A DNA stretch of 20,000 bases, from positions 57,360-77,359 of the forward strand of contig JBGAIN010000021.1 in assembly GCA_044225505.1 (NCBI GenBank). The letters run 5' to 3'. A program made the position numbers and the translations under genes. The notes beneath the pieces were generated by a model. The model did not search any database and was not told where the DNA came from. It saw only the letters and a program-made list of their open reading frames with translations. This document shows positions 17,101 through 20,000 of the stretch, one piece after another; the first letter of the stretch is position 1; each line of letters opens with the position of its first letter. This DNA comes from Limisphaerales bacterium. Its GTDB lineage: Bacteria > Verrucomicrobiota > Verrucomicrobiia > Limisphaerales > SIBE01.

Positions 17101-17401
17101 ACCCGGGTTTATGCGCAATGAGAAAGGTGGGGGTTTGTGGCAGTCCGGAGTTGCGTGAGACTGGCAAATCAAACCCGCCGTTTGCGTCCGTGATGACTTC
17201 CGGGGTTGGGTTCAATTCGAAACCGTTCACGATCGACGGGCCATAGATAAACAGTTGGACCGTCGTTCCGGGCAAGGTCCGTCCCGCGCTGTCTAGGACC
17301 TTCCCTTTGACGTGGATTGAGTCGGATGAGCTTAGTGCCGCCCGAACGCTGGTCATCGAGAGCAGCAGGAAAGCGCTGACTGCGACGAGTAACAGATTCA
17401 T
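14126..17401 (-). CDS. Secreted carboxypeptidase-regulatory-like (beta-sandwich) repeat protein with C-terminal thioredoxin-like domain
   Basis: Signal peptide MNLLLVAVSAFLLLSMTSVRA. Repeated GxVxDxxGxPVxGAxV...TDxxGxF units. C-terminal GKPLP...LLLCLLDIQQRPS...LPWLILIDHKGIV resembles a TlpA fold. ATGA overlap with the upstream CotH gene (17398-17401). Confidence 0.85.
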   Translation of the reverse strand: MNLLLVAVSAFLLLSMTSVRAALSSSDSIHVKGKVLDSAGRTLPGTTVQLFIYGPSIVNGFELNPTPEVITDANGGFDLPVSRNSGLPQTPTFLIAHKPGLAATWIQFALSNGTEQTVVLPPASFLAGQVLDETETPVAGAQVSVSAAYLETTTADGSRNFSYLADKPARSVFTTKTGPDGSFRLEGFPTNTTAALIAEAPGKVLRGANAGFLSPDSLPFRAGQGGIRLILEPAGSIEGTIAFPDSGNVPIAQLRLLPAQPGTFVTLPPAIRPGNNGAFRFDTVAPGAYRIQATFGTNATPEWIAEPVSVTVESKGVSRGVRLTATRGGLLEVSVRAGKEGTPLHESNVNVFREGYQSGAIAGTNGIAVLRLPPGEYQVVAFKTGYQQSNVSGTVQTSQTNRIEIELEKSRKLAGIVRLPDGQLGTKLPVQVLGDYSMQQTPFFTGADGRFEIDWNPQQFGGDQASPCLVVRYPEKNLAVAQDVDAETESYELKLAPALTFALRIQSDGKPLTNAAAALLFRSGNMSMYVNGLAKPTSIPGELEIPALPPGRQYGIQCSAPGYGTRFLDVGQQAEEAKRVELDTVELKRADRKLAGKLVDPEDKPVSSAMVQIHGDGQPNANTRTDSEGRFSFDVCEGTVRLFANSARMFANRAAEAGDTNVVLTLGEQMGGGDGGAKPQRLAGTANDAGGKPVAGAEVRVFPMHMPMPAKTEADGTFKVSYVVEPWQRQNGNPLLLVRDRTRNLAIAQELVDENTNVTVQLEQAWTVKGHIVDSAGKPVPNATANLILQSGNMGGQIDNDPTTTDSRGGFTFTTLPTSQRYTIYASAPGYSQKSQRLPGESETSVIDLAPIVLRLADKLIAGRVLDAKDKPIAGIYVQVSSDDQPQVNMQTDSKGRFKFKVCDGTVRLYASGQAGFSQTTVQAGDTNISLVLMDQSSRRTAARRKHAPASRPNVSALVGKPLPNLTTLGFTSDAAPANRPLLLCLLDIQQRPSRRMARLLKERQEELLQQGVAIAVAQTAQASDEAWNDWREAYSFEYPLARLTSVSDASHWATSLGNLPWLILIDHKGIVSAEGFSLDELNAKIESLAK

Positions 17402-19545
17402 TGGGCTCCTTTCCCTTCGGTGGCCAACGCTTTCAGTATGAACTTTCGCCGGTTTTGCACTTGTTCCCGGAACGATTCCATAGCGTCGCTGAATTCCTGC
17501 AGCTGTTCTTGAGGATCTTGATTCTGGACGGTGGCACGGAGACGCACTTCCGGCTCCAGCTGTTTTTCCATGGCGTCAATCATCGGAAAGAGCGCTTTGG
17601 GTGTGAACTGGGTCGCGCAGAGTTCCTGGACGCGCGTTAGGAAACGTTTGCGAAACTCCGGGTTCGCCAGGAGCGGTCCGGAAAAATGTCCTGGCGGTCT
17701 CCACCAGCTGACGCCACCAAAGAGCCCGGAACCCCAGCGATCGAAGTCGCGGGGAGACTGGTCTCCGGTCATGCCGTAGGTCAGTGGCATTTCGTAGAGG
17801 TCATAGTCGGACGACGAACCGTCATAGTCGCCCCAGGTTTTGTCCTCATCCCAAGGATAGACCTCCCATTTTCCTGTCCTGCCGAGGTCATGATAAAGGT
17901 AATGATTGTTGAAATAGCCGTCCCAATTCTGGATGCAAGTATTCACCGCGTAGTAACTGACGAACTCTTGCACCTGAAAGTTCTTTTCAATCCAGTCCCA
18001 TTGTTCCGCACCCGACTTCGTCGTCAGGCCGTCGAGCACTTGGACAAGATCGTCATGTCCGGATCGGAGGTTCGTCCGTTTCTGGTGTTGTTCAATGACG
18101 CCTTGGCCGAACCAGGCGAGTTTATACAAATTTCCCGCATCGTCGCGTCCGTTGCGAGCGAGAAACGATTCGTTGGGCTGCTCAATCAGGAGGTGAACGC
18201 CCATCAGCCGATCGTCAAGCGAAAGGCGGAGATGTTCCGTGTAAGGCGCTGGCACTCCCGCCAGGCGATAGACTTGGTAAGCGAGCGGTTCCGCCAGGAT
18301 CCAACGGAGAGGTCCCTCCGCAATCAAGTTCACGCTGCTCATTCCTTTCAAGCGCTGGTCTTTCTGAAAGCGGACCTTGTAACCTCCCGACCGAGTGGCT
18401 ACGTGGACATAGTCATAAAGCTCGGGTACTCCTCCATCGTGCGGCACGTAAACGAACGCTCCGCGGCCCCGCAACGTGGGCGGGCTGCGCTTGGGCGTGA
18501 TGGTGTTGTGCGGCGGCCCTTGTTCAATCCGGCCGATGTTGATGACGTAACCGATCGCCACCGTCGCCTTGGGTGTGTTCGTCAAAACGATACACGAGTA
18601 GGTCGGTCGAGGATCGTTGGGGGCCGGCGCCAGACGCGCCGCGCCGGTCGAATCCGTCGCCCTAATCCGGTAACGAATCAGTTGGCCGTGAGCTTGCCCA
18701 TCGAGGGTTCCCTCATAAACCCCGTCTTTTTCGTTGCCGGAGGTCCGAGTCATCCCCACCGCGATCTCGTCCGATTCTCGACCCGGCCCGGCCAGGCGGT
18801 AGAGCAGGGCGGCCGAGGCGATTCCGTCCGAGTCTCGAATACTGGCGCTGATTTTGAGTTTTTGCTGCGGTGTTGGCACTTGAGGCGAGCGTTCCACGTG
18901 GCTGATTACCGGCGGAAAGTTCGAGCAGAAACTGTCGTTCTTCGTCCCCGGCGTGCCCGAGGCCTTTTTCTTGGTGGGCCAATTTGATGCCGCCCAATTC
19001 TCCGGCCGATCGCTGCCCGCGCCCGGCGTAATGCGCTCCAGAGAGCTCGATTCCCCGTCGGCTGCCGCTGGCCACCCGTCACGGTCAGAGTAGCGGACCG
19101 CATCGATCAATTGCCCTTGCGCATTGGCCAATTCCAAGCGTTCAGCTTTGCGGCTAAGCTTCCCTGTGAAGTTCCCCAACGCTGGGATCTGTCGGCCGTA
19201 ATGCGCGAAGAAGGCGTTCGTATCGCGGCAAATGACGAGATAATCCCCGCCTTTTAACGACGTGTGATTGGGAAAGGTATATTGCACCCCCTTTTGGAAC
19301 GCCCACGCTGACATATCTACAGCCGACGTTCCGGCATTGAATAGCTCCACATATTGCAGGTTGGTCTGGCCGGCGGGCGGATGATACATGATCTCGTTGA
19401 TGACGATGCCCAGTTCCGCTGCAGAGGTGAGAAGAGCGTTTGCCAGTCCGACGCTGCCCCAGAGCAGATAAATCAGTAGAAATCGTCGGATTGCGGCACC
19501 GAGTTGCTTCCGCCGAACCGTGCAATGTTTCATAGCGCTATGCAT
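17398..19545 (-). CDS. CotH kinase family protein with N-terminal lamin-tail domain (LTD)
   Basis: Signal/TM FLLIYLLWGSVGLANA. LTD motif IVINEIMYHP...QYVELFNAG...VDMSAW. CotH motifs EPLAYQVYRLAGVPAP, GVHLLIEQPNESFL, GNLYK, NWDGYFNNHYLY, YPWDEDKTW. Start at 19545 or 19533. Confidence 0.9.
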   Translation of the reverse strand: MHSAMKHCTVRRKQLGAAIRRFLLIYLLWGSVGLANALLTSAAELGIVINEIMYHPPAGQTNLQYVELFNAGTSAVDMSAWAFQKGVQYTFPNHTSLKGGDYLVICRDTNAFFAHYGRQIPALGNFTGKLSRKAERLELANAQGQLIDAVRYSDRDGWPAAADGESSSLERITPGAGSDRPENWAASNWPTKKKASGTPGTKNDSFCSNFPPVISHVERSPQVPTPQQKLKISASIRDSDGIASAALLYRLAGPGRESDEIAVGMTRTSGNEKDGVYEGTLDGQAHGQLIRYRIRATDSTGAARLAPAPNDPRPTYSCIVLTNTPKATVAIGYVINIGRIEQGPPHNTITPKRSPPTLRGRGAFVYVPHDGGVPELYDYVHVATRSGGYKVRFQKDQRLKGMSSVNLIAEGPLRWILAEPLAYQVYRLAGVPAPYTEHLRLSLDDRLMGVHLLIEQPNESFLARNGRDDAGNLYKLAWFGQGVIEQHQKRTNLRSGHDDLVQVLDGLTTKSGAEQWDWIEKNFQVQEFVSYYAVNTCIQNWDGYFNNHYLYHDLGRTGKWEVYPWDEDKTWGDYDGSSSDYDLYEMPLTYGMTGDQSPRDFDRWGSGLFGGVSWWRPPGHFSGPLLANPEFRKRFLTRVQELCATQFTPKALFPMIDAMEKQLEPEVRLRATVQNQDPQEQLQEFSDAMESFREQVQNRRKFILKALATEGKGAQ

Positions 19546-19763
19546 CTGGGATTTTAGGGCACATCCAGTGTTGAATCACCTTCTTCCATAGACATCGCCC
19601 GGTCAAAAGCGTTCTAGCGGCCTTGTCGGGTCCGGGAAACCGCCTCCGATTTAAGCGGGGCGATCTTTCGGTGTCGAAGAAAAATCGTTGCTCACGACCG
19701 TCAGCCGGAAGGCGCCTTACTCTCTAGCATGGAATAAGGTCCAGGGCTGCCGTGGCCGATCTT

Positions 19764-20000
19764 TCAATAGGCCTCGAACTCGAGTTGCGCATTGTAAGTG
19801 ACCATTTCGTCTCGGGTCGTCTCCACGCCCGCGGCGCGCAGGCCTGCGACAATTCCGTCGAGCTCCGCCAGGTTCTCCGTGTCGACCTTGGGCGTGAGCG
19901 AGTCAGCGGCCCGAGCGACCAACCAAGGCCAGGCGACTCCGCTCCGGTACTCCCATGTGGCGCGGTGAACTCGAAGAGTCTCGGCTATTTCACGCGCCAG
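19764..20000 (-). CDS. Partial CDS (not in the ORF track) resembling the N-terminal part of a C45 peptidase/phospholipase B-like Ntn hydrolase; possibly truncated
   Basis: Manual translation from 20000: LAREIAETLRVHRATWEYRSGVAWPWLVARAADSLTPKVDTENLAELDGIVAGLRAAGVETTRDEMVTYNAQLEFEAY*, TGA at 19766-19764. The E-L-x-G-I-x-x-G...Y-N pattern recalls the C45 family pre-catalytic region. Confidence 0.6.
   Translation of the reverse strand: MAREIAETLRVHRATWEYRSGVAWPWLVARAADSLTPKVDTENLAELDGIVAGLRAAGVETTRDEMVTYNAQLEFEAY

Noticed and set aside
17686..18987. 433-aa plus-strand ORF
   Set aside because: Entirely antisense to the well-supported CotH gene, with no recognisable motifs; a typical GC-rich shadow ORF.
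19764..19766. TGA recoding (Sec/Trp) in the last partial gene
   Set aside because: Other genes here use TGA as a normal stop, and the read-through peptide is short and not family-like.

Overview
Ordinary-looking chromosomal scaffold (one 66-N gap) from a moderately GC-rich bacterium. Gene content suggests Verrucomicrobiota/PVC group (inference). No rRNA, tRNA, CRISPR array or mobile element was recognised. Almost every gene encodes an exported protein. In order: (1) a partial PA14-like C-terminus; (2) a minus-strand run of a 1001-aa secreted Ig/PA14/ConA-like protein with a C-terminal 'FYRLK' domain, a strong terminator, a double FG-GAP + ASPIC/UnbV (CRTAC1-like) protein, and a translationally coupled monoheme cytochrome c/FG-GAP protein; (3) a GbsR/MarR-family regulator flanked by two near-identical palindromic operators, followed by a small membrane protein; (4) a Tat-exported TIM-barrel isomerase/epimerase; (5) a tandem GDPD with a degenerate first domain; (6) a coupled pair of an LTD-CotH kinase and a carboxypeptidase-regulatory-like repeat protein with a cysteine-less thioredoxin-like tail; (7) a partial, apparently truncated C45/phospholipase-B-like gene. 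The best candidates for undescribed biology are the lectin-like/beta-propeller/heme cluster, the CotH-repeat protein pair, and the operator/leader architecture around the regulator. All family calls are by eye; no searches were run.
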